Notes: generated by a model from the sequence alone, not told the origin. 64,000 nucleotides of DNA from Takakia lepidozioides (GCA_030704615.1 CM060733.1:47678001-47742000); one strand, 5' to 3'; positions 11,518 to 25,140 are shown, counted from the first letter of the stretch. Numbers and translations are program-made.

Positions 11518-13731
11518 CCTGAAGGCGTGTTGAAGTTGTGCATGCCATGGGTAAGCAAGAGGAGGATGAATGGGATGTACATCGGGAGTGGGGAGAATGA
11601 AATGTAGTTCTTGCAGATTATGCAAAAGTGCATTGTCATGATGTTGTCGCACACGGAGAAAAAAGATAGTCCATTTCTTGAGCCATGATTGGAGTGCGGC
11701 ACTGCAACTGGATTTAAACTCTTGCGCACAGAAGAACGGTGGCCAGAGTTTTCAATTTGAGTGATTGGCCAGGTCACGCCAGCACCTCTTGTGAGAGCAC
11801 TTAGTAGGGGCACTTACATGGGGGTTTTGGAAATTGGCACTCCATTCCAAAGTCCTCCATGATGCACCCAAATTGAGGGTCCATGCCCCCGGTGGCAGTT
11901 GAATAAACCACACAGCATAGCTGCCAAGATAGGCTATGAGTAGTTCAGACCGAGGACTGCATCAAACAGGTTGTCAGCTTTCACACTACATGTGCCAGGT
12001 TGTCAACCGGATACTATTCTTTGCCATTTGCATTGTACTGTTGAGATTCTGTCAGAATCAATCCAGTTCAGAAATTTGGCTCTCTTCTGTTGATCTAATA
12101 TGGGTACTGTGCTGTCCAAGGTGATGTTCTCACATCCTCACTTGCAAGGAAATTGCCAGTGGAAAGTTGAAAGTCAAAATCAGAGAGAGGGAGGGTGAAC
12201 ATGGAAGTGGACTGAGAGAATGTACTTGTAGTGGGTCATTATTCCTGGAACATGTCCTTGTGATGGCTCTGGAAAGGCGCAAAGACAAGTAATTGATTCC
12301 TGGATGGTTTTGTAACAGGGGCTGGCACATATGCAGGCTTGCAGGCTTTCCTGTGGGCCTTCCTGGCGACTGACAGCATAGGAACAAGAAACACGGAAGT
12401 CAAGGACAGATAATAACAAGAGATTCTTAATCGCATTTGCCCTCTTTTAAGGTATTGATTGGTGAGATGACAACTCTGAAGGAAACTGCTCATCTCAAAA
12501 GTGTTATGCAGCTGGTGTGTGCTTTAATCCCTACAGGTAATGGTAATCAAAACTTCAATCTGCAAATGTCGTATGGCTTGTAGCCGAAAAATCTACATCG
12601 CGAGATCCATTTTGAAGCCACATGACTATCACACATTTCCAGTCACAGGGAATAAGAGGCTGGCCTGTACGTAACATATTTTGACCTTTTTCTTTCAAAC
12701 ATTTGGGGCTCCGCCCACTTCAGGATTTGCCAAGCTCGTTAGGAGAGATATCCCCCGTGTTCACTGTTTCTGTGGAGGGGTTTTTTAATTTGTGTGCAAC
12801 TCTCTCCATATGCCTGGCGGTGGTGGAATGTCACATTGGTTAATGTGACACACTTACCTTAGGATGGGTGAAATTTGCTCCTCACCTAGCAACTGGGCAC
12901 AGCCATATTCTCAAACAAACCATTGGTAAAAATCATTCATCAGGAGGTATACAGCCACACACACATACACACACAGATGCACTTTGGAAGCGGCAGGGGA
13001 AGCCCAAAGAACTTTGGGAACAATAACTGATTGTAGGTAATCACTAAAATCCAGGCCCAATTCTTTGCCCAAAAGCAGACCGACCACCTTCTAAGGTAGT
13101 TCTTCCATACATTGATTTGTCCCTGGAGTTAGATGTTTTACAACATTTGTCTAGCTGTAATTAGTAAGTCCATAAGGCAGGGGTGCTCCTTGTACATAGT
13201 TTTCTGCCAGCACATAAAGCCCAATGTAGCTATTGAATCTCTGGATTGCTGATGACTTCTTTCTCCTCCCTGGCTGATGCTGCATGGAAGCCTCTACCAT
13301 CAAAGACAACGAATTCAAACGATAGCGAGTGTGGTCAGGAACATCAGGGAGCACCTCTCCAAGTTATTTCTTACAATGTCTTCTACAGCCTGTGTACGTG
13401 AGTAATGACAAAAGATTCACGATGGCCCTTCAACGTCTATACAAGACTAAATTTGTCAGCAAGTGTTTGGAAGCCATAACCCTGCTGCATAAATCTGACT
13501 TGTGAGAAGCCTCAGTTAACTCGCTGGATGTCACCAAAGGCAAGATTGGACATTCAGAAATGAGGCATGCTGCGAATTTGAAGTTCCAAGCTATGCAGGC
13601 CTTTTTCAACCCCACTAAAAACACCAAAGCACCCTTTGTCTAATCATGGAAAACCTGGCTTTCCTACCACAGACAGGCAGTTAAGATCAAACCCACCACT
13701 GAATTTGCTTGGTCAAACCAAATATTGCATG

Positions 13732-13888
13732 TTTTTTTTTTTTTTTTTTTTTTTTGGTCCAACTCTTTTTTATGTTTTACCGCTTATAACAGGAAGGTGG
13801 ACACCTTCATGACACACCAGACGATGGTTTGAACCCACAACCACATCCAACGTGGTATGTGCCCATTACCACTGGGCTACATGCTGGT
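13732..13888 (-). mobile_element. tRNA-derived SINE with poly(A) tail
   Basis: Minus strand has an A-box (TAGCCCAGTGG), a B-box (GGTTCAAAC), a short body, then ~24 A (T-run at 13732-13755). Confidence 0.7.
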
Positions 13889-14671
13889 TGTCCCTTCTTT
13901 GAAAACCAAAAAAGGAAAAAAGATACCCCCTAAAACACCAAGTCTGGAGAATTGAACAGCAAAATCAGCTGAAAATTGGTTAGCCTCGGCCAGGTTGGTG
14001 AACAGAGGTGCAGGAACCATGTTCTTGATGTTCCTGGAGAGGGTCACTCTCTGGTCATAAAACCCTGGACAAAGTATCAGAAAATGGATATGTCTTCGGG
14101 CTGCCCGCACAATGATTAAACAAACTGCCTCCTTGCTCTGTGTTGTGCTTTAGTTGAAGCAAAGTGCGGGTATAACGATTACAACCGACCAAGAGTTGGA
14201 CTACACCACGATCAAAAAGGTAGCTTTTAAGCAAAGCTGCAGAAACTCTCGGATGTCTCAAAGCTTTTGAAGGGGTGCCTGCGCCCTATGACAAGATGAA
14301 GAGAATGGTAATACCTGATGCTTTGAAGTAAGTTGTGACAGTAATGTTAGTTGTGTCGCTCCCCACTCTCCCCAATCAGTTCCATGGGCTTCTGTGTGTA
14401 GCTTTCCTCCACTCAATTATCTTTATTTCCTTCACTAGAGCAGCACGCTTCATCCCTGGTGGAAAAGTCGGCTCCCCTGTACCCTCCCTTTCTATTTCTA
14501 CGCAAGCTTTCCCTATTCTCTCTACCTCCTCTCTTCTCTTGCCAACCTGGGTTTCTGGCCACTTTTAGACAAGCACAAACAAACTGGCTTACATCTCTTT
14601 CAAACAGCTGCAACACCGGTGATGCTCGGGTCTTGAAGAGAGCCATTTTTTGAATGTGAAGCAAACAAACG

Positions 14672-14780
14672 TCCAGTCATTCTGAACCCTGCCGTGGATA
14701 TGTATGAAAAATGTGGGTGCATTAAGGATGCGAAGGGAGTTTTCAACAAGTCTATAGCTGAACGAGATGTGGTGTCGTGG
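14672..14780 (+). pseudogene. Isolated PLS-PPR motif fragment
   Basis: Translates to VDMYEKCGCIKDAKGVFNKSIAERDVVSW; close at the nucleotide level to motifs near 60780. Confidence 0.8.
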
Positions 14781-15721
14781 TTCGGTAACTTTAGAGCCAG
14801 TGCATTTTCAATAAGTCACCACCAAAATTATATACACTCTCAAGTCATCAATAACTCTAAAAAGATGGCTACATTTCAGGTAAGGAACAACCGGGCCTTC
14901 TCTCCATTGCAACCTCTTCAACAAACCTTACACTCTGTACCTTAAGGGTACTGTCCTACAGAGAGAAAGAGCTCTACATATTTACAGCTAGCAATTCCAG
15001 AAAACTTGGAACACCAATGTTTTGATGACTGAAAGCCGATGGCCACATCAGCACCTGCCTCCTTGCGCACAAAAACAAAGGAAATACCTCCACCCTCGCA
15101 ACTCATTTGAACTGCGCAGAGGTACATCAAGACTTTAAGGTATCTGCGAGTGTCCAAACCCAAAGAAGTGGAGGTAATCGAAACCTATCCAGCGCTGAAG
15201 AAGGCTCTTCCCTTTGAGTTTCGATCAGAGATGTGTCTTCTAACTCATTCCCCAACCGTATGTGTATTTCAAGATCAAATTCTCCTTCCATAAGCTTGTT
15301 TCATTTAGTTTTTTCCGTATACGTGTGCACTCTGGTGGAGCTCGTTATAATCATGCCTGTCCATGGCGATAATCTCCCACATCTGGTCTGTCATTGAGTA
15401 TACATCAACCACCATAGCCTTCAACTCCTCGTTTGTCTAGATTTTCTGCATGAATCCTTTTCTGCCTGTGCTGGGACTACACAAAAAAAAAAAAAACTAA
15501 GATCCTTGTACATATTCCTGTCCAGCAACTGTCAATGAAATTGTCCTTATGTGCATTATTATTGGGAATTGAGTACGTGAAGCGTTTGCCCACAATGTGA
15601 GCGACATTTGCTCTCGCGGTCTTCAAAACCTTCTCACTTGTTCCATGGCTTTGATTGACTTACTATGCCTCCGCTGCTCAACACCCTGGTTTTTGATCTC
15701 TGCCTTATATCTGTTCTATCA

Positions 15722-15995
15722 TTTGAAATTGGCCATTCAGCCACCACTTTGATCTTTCTGGGATCAACCAAAATGCCATCCTTTGACACTATGTGACCCA
15801 AATATGTATTCAATTTGGGAAATGAAAAACTCACATTTCTTTTTTTAGCATAGAGCTTATTTCTCTTCAGGATTTCTAAAACACTTCTCAAGTGTTTATT
15901 GTGTTCTTTCAGACCTTGAATAAACCAAGATATCATCCCATGAAGACCAACACAAATTTCCCCAAATATTTCATGAACAATTTATGAAAATGGAT
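15722..15995 (-). mobile_element. Ty3/gypsy reverse transcriptase fragment
   Basis: Reads LGKFVLVF..EHNKHLRSVLEILKRNKLYAK..YLGHIVSKDGILVDPRKIKVVAEWP, with frameshifts. Confidence 0.85.
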
Positions 15996-17919
15996 TATAC
16001 ATTAATCGGTCGCGGCAACGATTTCTCATATCAGAATCTCGGTCACATGGGATCTATAGATGTAATGAAATATGTTGTGCCTCACTCGGTGGTTGCAATT
16101 TCAGCTGCTATAGAGAATTTATATAATGCAAGGGCTAGACACTTTTTATTTACAACATTCTTGCGGAAGGTTTCTTCTCAAACATGAGAAAGTGAATTCC
16201 ATGATCTCATGAATTCCAATCCCTCAAATAGGGGCCGAGGGAGGAGACCAGAACGAGCTCATGCGCTGTGAACACTTCCATTCTACCTCTAACGTTATCT
16301 TTGGATGACAAACCAAACGGACGGATAAATGCATGAGTCCACTGCTCGTCCCCCATATAAATCTTTCTCGCAGTCTTTTCTTCTCTCTTCAACCTCTCGA
16401 GTCCTGACGTCCTGACCTGATTGAGAGATTCTCAAGCCCTGCTTCCCCAGAGCCGAGTACAAATGCTCTTGCATGAAGAGAGATTCTTCTCTCTTGGCAG
16501 CAGTCAATCAATATTCAATCTCAGTTCTCTGCAACCTCACTTTTCACATGGGTTCATGTGTGCTGTAGGTTTTCGGAAATGATAGTGAGCTTATGAAAGC
16601 CATGGGGCAAAGCTGGAACTCTCCATACTTCCTTCAGTAATTGATTTGCACTTACAGGTCAACGTGGGCGTCACTTTCATGTGGGTTTCCACGTAGGTGT
16701 TGAAGGTGTAGCAGGAAGGAAGAATGACATGCGTAGCTCTTGGTGAGAGGATTACGAAAACTATTTTCCCAGCTGTAAATCTTCATGCTTTGAAGTGTTG
16801 CAAGGCATGGTTGACATTTTCCAGGTGTAGTTCGAGTGTTTTGTAACATTCTGAATATCAGGAACGTGAGAAAATGTTGAGATTTCACAAGAAGATCCAA
16901 CCGGTAGTTGATTGGGGTGTAAGAGGATCAATTCAGTGACTTGATGTCAAATGTGCCTAAAGTGCTGAAATGCAAAGTTGTGGGGCCAGAAATGCACTGG
17001 GAGATAGGGGGGAGAGACTGCCAATCTGGTTGGCCCCAAGCCCACATTTTCACAATTATCAAAATCAGCTCACTGTAACCATCACCTCAAAGAATATAGT
17101 ACTGTACATACACGAGTCTCACACAGGAGTTGTTGGTCATATGCCACAACAAACGATATGCCAAATATACTAACATTCACTGGAGGTAGAAGTAGTCTTG
17201 TAAGTTCAAGTTGCCAGTGGTCTGCGTCATATATATCCGTGATATGCAACTGGTTGGAAAACCAAGTTCCTCACTCTAGTTGTTGAAGAGACATGCTACA
17301 AAATTGTGCTAGCCAATGGGTTGGCTAGCACCGACTGGTGTTCTCACAGGGTGAGGCCACACCATCGCATAGACAATTTGTACAATGTTCTATGCTCCGT
17401 TCATCCGCAGAACATCGTCACAAAATTTGCACGCATCTGTTTTCAACGTACAAGCTAAGCATGTAAGCTCTGCACTGGCTTACATGGACAACCAACTTCA
17501 CTTCTGCTTCCTTTCCCCAGAAGAGGGCTCCTGTGCAAAACACATTCCTTTTGAGTGCATCCATTTGTTAACCTCCAACACTCATCGAAGTTCATCAAGA
17601 GAAGTACTATAAGAAGAAAGAAGAAGATTAATACATGAGGAAAAGGCAGGATGCATATCGCTTAGGTTATAATAAAGGGTCTCCTCCCAACACTGGTCTT
17701 AACCTAGAGGAAGTGCTGGGAAGTATATGTGCGCAATTGTCAAGCCGCGTACCTGCTGGGCGCATCAGGGGGTCATGAATGGTCTAGGCGTCCACCGTTG
17801 AGTACACAGTACATGAATGGTTAATGGAATCTCGAGCATATCCCTTGCATCAACAACAAACTTCAAAGGTGAAAAAAAACCGCAACCAAATGGAATGAGT
17901 TGAAAGCATCGACAAACCA

Positions 17920-18294
17920 CTAAGTTAATCCACGGAACAACATGATGCAAAACAGAAATCTATCATAACAAAATCTTCGCTTACTTCTTCCGGACTTGCC
18001 AACCGATTTCCCCGCATTCCCAGAACCACCAGTCTTCGCAGCGTCCCATGCAACCTGGCGATCCGCTTCTTTGAAAGCCTCTGTAATTGCTTTCCCCTCT
18101 TCAACATCATCTATGTTCTTCAGACCCCAAGAGTGCATGAAGTTCTGATATCCTCCAAAGTCCTTATGGATGGAATAGTCAGACGGTCCTGACGTACTTT
18201 TGCTGGAACACTTCTTCCTCCCCGACTGGGATGAATCTTTAAGCTTAGATTGTTGCGGAGAGCCTATTTTCTGGTTTCCTGGCTTGGGCGCCAT
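17920..18294 (-). CDS. Small intronless hypothetical protein (124 aa) with motif FGGYQNFMHSWGLK..DDVEEGKAI
   Basis: Clean ORF with ATG in GCCATGG context. The central motif resembles, from memory, a family of small fungal hypothetical proteins. Confidence 0.6.
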   Translation of the reverse strand: MAPKPGNQKIGSPQQSKLKDSSQSGRKKCSSKSTSGPSDYSIHKDFGGYQNFMHSWGLKNIDDVEEGKAITEAFKEADRQVAWDAAKTGGSGNAGKSVGKSGRSKRRFCYDRFLFCIMLFRGLT

Positions 18295-18389
18295 GGCTCC
18301 GAATCGTCAAGCAACAACCTCCCAACACCCAATTGCATAAGAAGAAATAGAAGAGGCGAGGAGATGAACAGATGCAGTGGGTAAGTTAC

Positions 18390-20821
18390 TTAGGGGATCG
18401 GCACCCATCCATGATTCATCCTACCAAACCAGGGTCTAGTACAAGCATACTGTAAAGATCCGGGCCCTAGGGAGAGCAATGTTAGTACGACAACCTTCAC
18501 ACTTAGAGAGAACTCGGTGACATCTCGGTGAATTCCCAGCCAATAGTATACCTCTTGGATGCGGGCCACAGTTTTCTTAATACCAAGGTGACCTGCATAC
18601 AAGAAACAATGGAAACACTCCAATAAAACATTCAGTTGGCTCCGTGTGGCACCTCCAAGTAGTATGGCACTCCCCCTCTGGTGAGCTCCTTGAAAAGCTT
18701 ATCACCCATAAAACGGTGAGTGGACACATGATACATAATTTGTTTACGCAAGGACTCAGAAAGGCCAGCTGGTGAACGCCGGCATCTCCAGCGCAGCATG
18801 TATCTGATCATCCATGACTGCACTGCACATAAGAGGTAGACAATGGGTTTTAGAGAAGGTGGCCTGGAGTGCCTGCACCTATGATCTCCAGCCAGGGATA
18901 CCTTCACCTCATTTGTTACTACTCATGGACAGCCAAATCAGGCCTTGAGACTCAAGCCAATAGTCACACCGGAGTGCAGCAGCCGAATCACAACAAACTC
19001 GGGGGCCTAGAAAAAAGAAGGGCTGAAACACAATAAGGAACTTCCACCAAACCATCCGAATTCTCGCGAAGCGATAGATCCACCACACATACTAACACAC
19101 GAATAAATCAACCAGGCTCATCTAATAGGCTAGACCAGCCCCAAGCAGCCAATATGCCATGTGAATCTAGGGCCAAGGTTTGTTGATCTGCAATAAGAAG
19201 GTTGAGAAGAGGGGCATGATCAGTAGGAGGGGCAACATCAGCAGCAACAAGGTCATCCAAGGTGAGCCTGCTGATAAGATGATCAATCCGTGTGAGTGTA
19301 TCAGCATTCGTGTTTTCCTTGCCCTTCTTGTAGACTATATCCATGTCAAATTCCTGTAGGTACATAGCCCATCTAGCAAGTCTGCCATGAAGTTCCCTTG
19401 GCTTAACAAGAGCCTTTAGTGGAAGATGATCAGTCTCTACCACAAACCGGTTGCCATGTAAATATTGCCTGAAATGCTTCACACCAAAGACCCTCCTTAT
19501 CATATATGGAATAATTCATTTCATGACGATCTAGACGATGAGATGCATAAGCTATTACATGCTCTTTGCCTTCTATAAATGGACATAAGATTGCAGAGAT
19601 GACAACATCTGATGCATCAGTCTGAAGCAAGAAAGGTAACTCAAAGTTGGGAAACATCGGGATGGGAGCTGAACACAAAGCCTTGCGAAGGGTGTCAAAA
19701 GCAACCTACTGGGAGAAGGTCCATTCAAACCTGGCATCTTTGCACAACACCTTGGTTAGAGGGTGAGCAAGCTTGGCAAAGTTCTTTATGAAGCACCTAT
19801 AATAAGAAGCCAGACCAAAAAATGATTTGATACAATGTTGATCCCTGGGGATATGAAAGCCCCAAACAGACTCAAGCTTGGTAGGATCAGGAAGCAAACC
19901 ATTTTTGGACAGAACATGACCAAGGAAGTGCAGCTCAGGCATGAACAACTCACACTTCTTGGGCTTCACTTTGAGACCTACGGTGCGCAATTTGCTGAAA
20001 ACACGCTGCAGATCAGCTAAGTGAGCATCAAAACTGGCTGAGTAAACATTGATATCATCGACATAAATTAAATCACACTCCCAGCAAAGATTGCCCAAGA
20101 CAATATCATTGAGGCGTTGGAATGTAGAGGTGGCATTGCACAAACCAAAAGACATGGTCTCATACTGGTATTTGCCCATGCGACACACAAAGGAGGTCTT
20201 TTCCTTAGCAGCTTCAGTAAGAGGAACTTGCCAAAAGCCAGACGCAAGATCAAGAGAGGAAAAAATTATAGCACCATGCAATTGATCCAAGGTCTCATTA
20301 ATCCTGGGTAGTGGGTATGCATCTTTTGGTGATGTCATTCAGCTTTCTAAAGTCAACACAGAAATGGATGGTGCCATCTTTCTTATCAACCAGGACAATC
20401 GGATTGGCCCAAGGAGAAATTGAAGGCTTAATCACGCCAGTTTAATAGGAGCCCCTTTAGTGACAATGTCATGTTGAAGAATAGGAGTGCGCCCTAAATC
20501 AGTGGATCCCAAACTGAAAACATCTAGATTCTTTGCAATAAACATTTTCACTTTCCTCCTTTGCCCTGAGGAGAGAGTTGTGCCCAACTTGATTTCAGAT
20601 AAGACTTTGGTGAGGGCCGTCTTATCTTCTGGGCTGAGATCAGGGACAGGTGGTGGTGCAACTACAACAAAAGCAGCAACCTTATCTAAGGGGCCATGTT
20701 GGATGCCAATGGCCTCAAGTCCAAAGCCAACTTACACCTCTTGTATTTCAGCAATGGGTAGAGCAGTGATGTGACCCAGAACCTGCCCTTTTTTAATAGT
20801 CAGGGTTAGTTTTTGCAGGTG
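18390..20821 (-). mobile_element. Ty3/gypsy pol, 3' half (RT, RNase H, start of integrase), degenerate
   Basis: RT: DAYPLPRI, SSLDLASGFWQ, YVDD (19706-20338). RNase H: LQTDASD, ETDHLPLK, RLARWAMYLQEFD, NADTLTR. Integrase Zn region: GHLGIKKTVARIQEVYYW. Frameshifts present; truncated near 18.45 kb. Confidence 0.92.
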
Positions 20822-23800
20822 GCTCAATCCTAGCCCTTCATCAGATCTAGGGCCACAAGATAGCACCGTGGGCTTTGGCCTATGATGCCTCGCCACGCGG
20901 CGGGCCACTACGGCTAGGGCTTTTTCTATAAAGACGGCGCCCTGACACAGGGTCAGGGTGGTGTACTCGGGTATTAGTGTATATGTGATTTTGGTGTACA
21001 AGCTTTGGATGAGAGCTGCTTAGTGCCTGATTCGTGTGTTTGATCCTCCTCTCGTGCGTTGCTTGTTCTTTCCGCTCGCCCCTTTGTTATGTAACCTTGC
21101 TTCTTGAGAGGAAAGTAGTATATGCTTTAGGCTTGTTTTATGGTGGAGGCGGCGAGTTCTATAGGCTTTGGTGGATCCTGCCCGCGTTGTCGGGATTAGT
21201 TAGGTCTTTTGGCGGGATCTGCTCTATATCTTGCTGCCTAAGTGGTTCGCTAATGCGTGTTATCAATGGCAGCTCTTTGCTTTGCCATATTTTCTCCTGC
21301 TACTGCAATTTTGCCGTCTCATGATGTGCGTTGGGTGTGATTGCAGGGGATGGCTGCCGTTCGTGACTTGTCTTGTGTAGCTCGCAGACAAGGGGAGAGC
21401 CTATTTCTTCAGATTAGCGTGGAACTTGCTATTGAAGCTAATCCTAGTGTAGAGGCTGACCCTGCTGCCGCTTCTCATTCTGCTGGTGTTGTTATTGTTG
21501 CTCCTCCCGTTGTTTCTCACCCTGCTGACATTTTTGTTGTTGCTAACACTACCAATGCGCGCGGCCTGGCAGTGTTGCCTTGCCAGCGTCGCCACTTCCT
21601 GAGTCTGATGCTTGCGTTCCAGTCCTTGTTGCTTCATTGGGTTCTCCTGGTGGTAGTGATTATGACAATCTGGGGGAGGCAGAGGCGCGGTCGCCAAGGT
21701 TTGAGAAGTCTGACAGCTCTCTAGATAGCTGTGACCCGGAATACTATAATTTTGACATCTTTGTGGATCCAGGCCCTGAATATTTTGAAAGTAGGCAGCA
21801 AGCAGCAGAGTTAGAGAGAGAGATTGAGTTGTCGCAGGAGGTAGATGATTTGTTGTGTGAGATATGTGACGAAGATCAGCTTTGGTTTGAGCGTGTAGAG
21901 AAAGCTGTTGTAGATGATCTGCTTGCTGCACTAACCAGTCATCACGAGGCCCTATTCACGCGACCTTTGCTTGAGCTTGGTGCTGGTATCCAGAGCCAGA
22001 CAGCTTGTTTAGCGCGAATTTGAGCTACGCAACGAATAGCGTCTACTATCCAGGACGATCAAGTCGCGTTTTCTATACCATCATGAATTGACCTGGTTGG
22101 AAGTTGGCTTGTATTTACCTCTTTCTGGTGTTCGAAGTGCGGAGCTTCATCATGGCCCTGGTGTGGTAGGATGAGTTGTCATTAATGTTACAAGGCACGG
22201 GGGCTTTGAACTTGAGGGCACTACGGTTTCAGCTCCGGCCCTGCGCCTTGGCACCTACTTATTCACGATTAATTGATAGTTTGAAGGGTGGGGCCTTGAT
22301 AGTGCAGTAGTCTGATCTAGTGGTCTTGGGTGTGGGTACTACCTTTGCTTCACAGCGACTGGTTCGCCCAAGTGCGTTTGAAAGATTGAATGACTGTTCA
22401 AACTCGATTGTGCTTTCGCGTACTTGGAGAGAGGGTGACACCACCCGCGTTGGTTTTTGGCTTAAAAGAGCTGACGGTTGGGAGTGGCTGGCGTTGGGGA
22501 TCTACGAGTTACAGTCACACAAGGTGTTGAGGGTGGTGTATTGTTCCACTTGGGTTCCAGAAGACAGCTCGCCAAGTGCTCGGCCCATGCTCCATATCTC
22601 TGCTGCTTAAATGTTATGCCTCCAATCCAACCTCGTTTCTTGTATGCTAGGTGATTCTAGAACTACTTGGCTGAGATCCGGAAGACAGAGGTCCATGAAT
22701 AATTCAAGAGAGCCGCTAGCCGAAAATATAGTAGAACTGAATGAGGGATCGGACAACCTGCAAGCAAGTACTTTCATGGTGAGTGATGATGAATTTTTGA
22801 ATGCTAGGATGATTGGGACGATGGGAGCAGTTGTAGAGTCCCCAACTGGTATTACATTGGTTGATGAGGGGTCTGGGATAGCCACCCTCGAGGGCCTTTC
22901 TGTTTATGATCGGCGTGATGAGGCCTTGGTGGCTAGACGGACCGAGCCTATGCTGGCTCGGGAATTAAACGGTCTGCCCTCCCATCCTATTCATGTTCAG
23001 GGGATTGAAGCCTCTGGTTCGGATGTCTGCGCTACTATGAGCAGTATGCCCGGCCCAGGTTGCTTACTTGAGTCCTAGTGTGCTGCCTGTTGTGAATTTC
23101 CCTAGTCCCACTCTCGAGGGGAGAGGGATTTGTTTGCCCTGTAAATTCGGGTATGCATGTGTGGGCAGGCTTCAGTGTCGAACGTGCATGGTGTTGTTCA
23201 AGGTGGGGGTGTCATGACAAGGGCCTCTAGTGTGTCTGCTGCTCCGACTGCCGCCATCGCCCTATCGCAGCTAATCAGTGGGGGCTCTCCCTGCTCCACA
23301 GGCTGGGGTGCCACCACACCTTGTCTCTAGCCAGTCCATGGATATGCATGCTAGCAATATCCCTCCTAGAAGTATAAGGTCTGTGTCAACACAACCGGTG
23401 GGAGTGACATCCACTCTTCCCATGAGTGGAATGCCGCAAACCCACTTGCAGTCGTCTAACCCTGCTGCTCAGCCGAATGTGGCAATACCTGCTCTCCCTA
23501 TGGGCACGGTGGCGTCACGTCTATTAGCTTCAATTGCTATAGGATCAGCCAGCAATAATAGTATGAGTTATAATTCTGCATCTAATGTTGGATATGTGCA
23601 TGGTAGTGCTGCTCCCATAGTTTCATGTTGCCCTTCTCATGGGTCTGTCCTCCCCGGTCACATCAACCATAGCTTGCCTTGTCATCTCATTACAACTCAC
23701 CCTATGTAATTTCGACGATTTAGTTTGACGCTGGCGTTGACTGTTGTCACTTTCGACTGTTCCAACCATTTTGCAGTCAAAATTTATATTAAAATTTTTG

Positions 23801-24012
23801 AGGTGCTAGACAACCGCGAAAATTTTGATTGTAATGAGAGATTTTGACTACCTAAAATGAGCTGACTGAGACAACCAGTTAAGCAATGGCATGTGTAATC
23901 ACAATATATAAATTATATATAGCAATATATACGTAGATAATAAGAAGTAAAAATATTTAACTATTTTTTCACTGACCCAGCACATTAATAGTAAACTAAT
24001 CGTGTGCTGGTT

Positions 24013-24255
24013 AAGGTTAGTGAAACAAAACAACTGAATTATCTGAACAAATGATAAACAAATGCCTTGCTGGCAGCTATTGGATAAACGTATGAAAGGT
24101 TAGTGAAACAGAACAACTGAATTATCTGAACGAATGATAAACAAACGCCTTGCTGGCAGCTGTTGGATGAACGTTTGAAATATAATTTGTGTGCACTGGA
24201 TGAACGTATGAATGAACGATAAAGCAAACGCCTTACTGGCAACTATTGGATGGAT
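24013..24255. repeat. Tandem repeat, ~83-bp unit, two copies plus a degenerate third
   Basis: AAGGTTAGTGAAACA.AACAACTGAATTATCTGAAC.AATGATAAACAAA.GCCTTGCTGGCAGCT is repeated. Confidence 0.8.
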
Positions 24256-24979
24256 AGATTGATGGAAAACCCAAAATCCATCCATCTACGATACATTCAT
24301 CCACATAATTCAAAATGGATTTAGGGTGCGGGATTGCGTTCAGCGATGAGTAAGTTATGGGACTTGATCGTTTTGCTGTGTTTGCGTGGGAGTGCATAGC
24401 TTGGGTGGACAACCGCAATCGCAAGGTGTGGCTTTTCTTAATGTACGATGTGAAGATGTTTGTTAGTACCATGATTTGGTATTCTTCCTGATGTTTACAA
24501 CGTTCTTGGGAGAGAGCTTGGTCTTAGCAGGCCGTGTTTCAATCTCTGCTCAGCTGCACCGTGGTTGTTCTCACAAACCAATCCGACAGTTCCTGACGAT
24601 GGACACAAGCAGCACACACAAGAGGATGTTTGGGTTGATGGTCTGTCAAATCCTCCATGGGTCATGACACAAGGTCAAGGTCGACAATGTGGTGAGGGCA
24701 CCTTCTTCTTCAACCTATTTCTGCCTGTGTTACTCTCTCATCAGACTCGGCCCTGAGATGCATATTGAATTCTGTAAGTTAGCTCGTTGGGTGGATCTGT
24801 GGTGGTTAGGAGTGATTTTGACAAGCAAAGAAACTCTTCACCTTTGTCTTCCTTCAGGAGCAACAAACAATGCACTTGCAGATTTACTCCATCATGTGTA
24901 CAATGTTTTTTCTGGCCTTCCAGAACCCCCCCCCCCCCACCATTTACAAGGAACTATCAGCATATTATATATAGACAAA

Positions 24980-25140
24980 CCTTAATGCTAAAAGTAGCTT
25001 GGACCTCAAAGTTAGTTATAGGTAGTTTTGACTAGGCACTACCTTAATGCTACAAGTAGCTTGGATCTTAACCCCTAAACTATGCCCACAACTGCCTTAA
25101 TGCTACAAAATAGCTTTGGATCTTAACCCCTAAACTATGA
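24980..25140. repeat. Tandem repeat, ~52-62-bp unit, three copies
   Basis: CCTTAATGCTA.AA.TAGCTT(T)GGA occurs three times; copies 2 and 3 continue TCTTAACCCCTAAACTATG. Confidence 0.75.

Noticed and set aside
25070-25137. AACCCCTAAAC as an interstitial telomere repeat
   Set aside because: Only isolated single units inside a larger tandem repeat.
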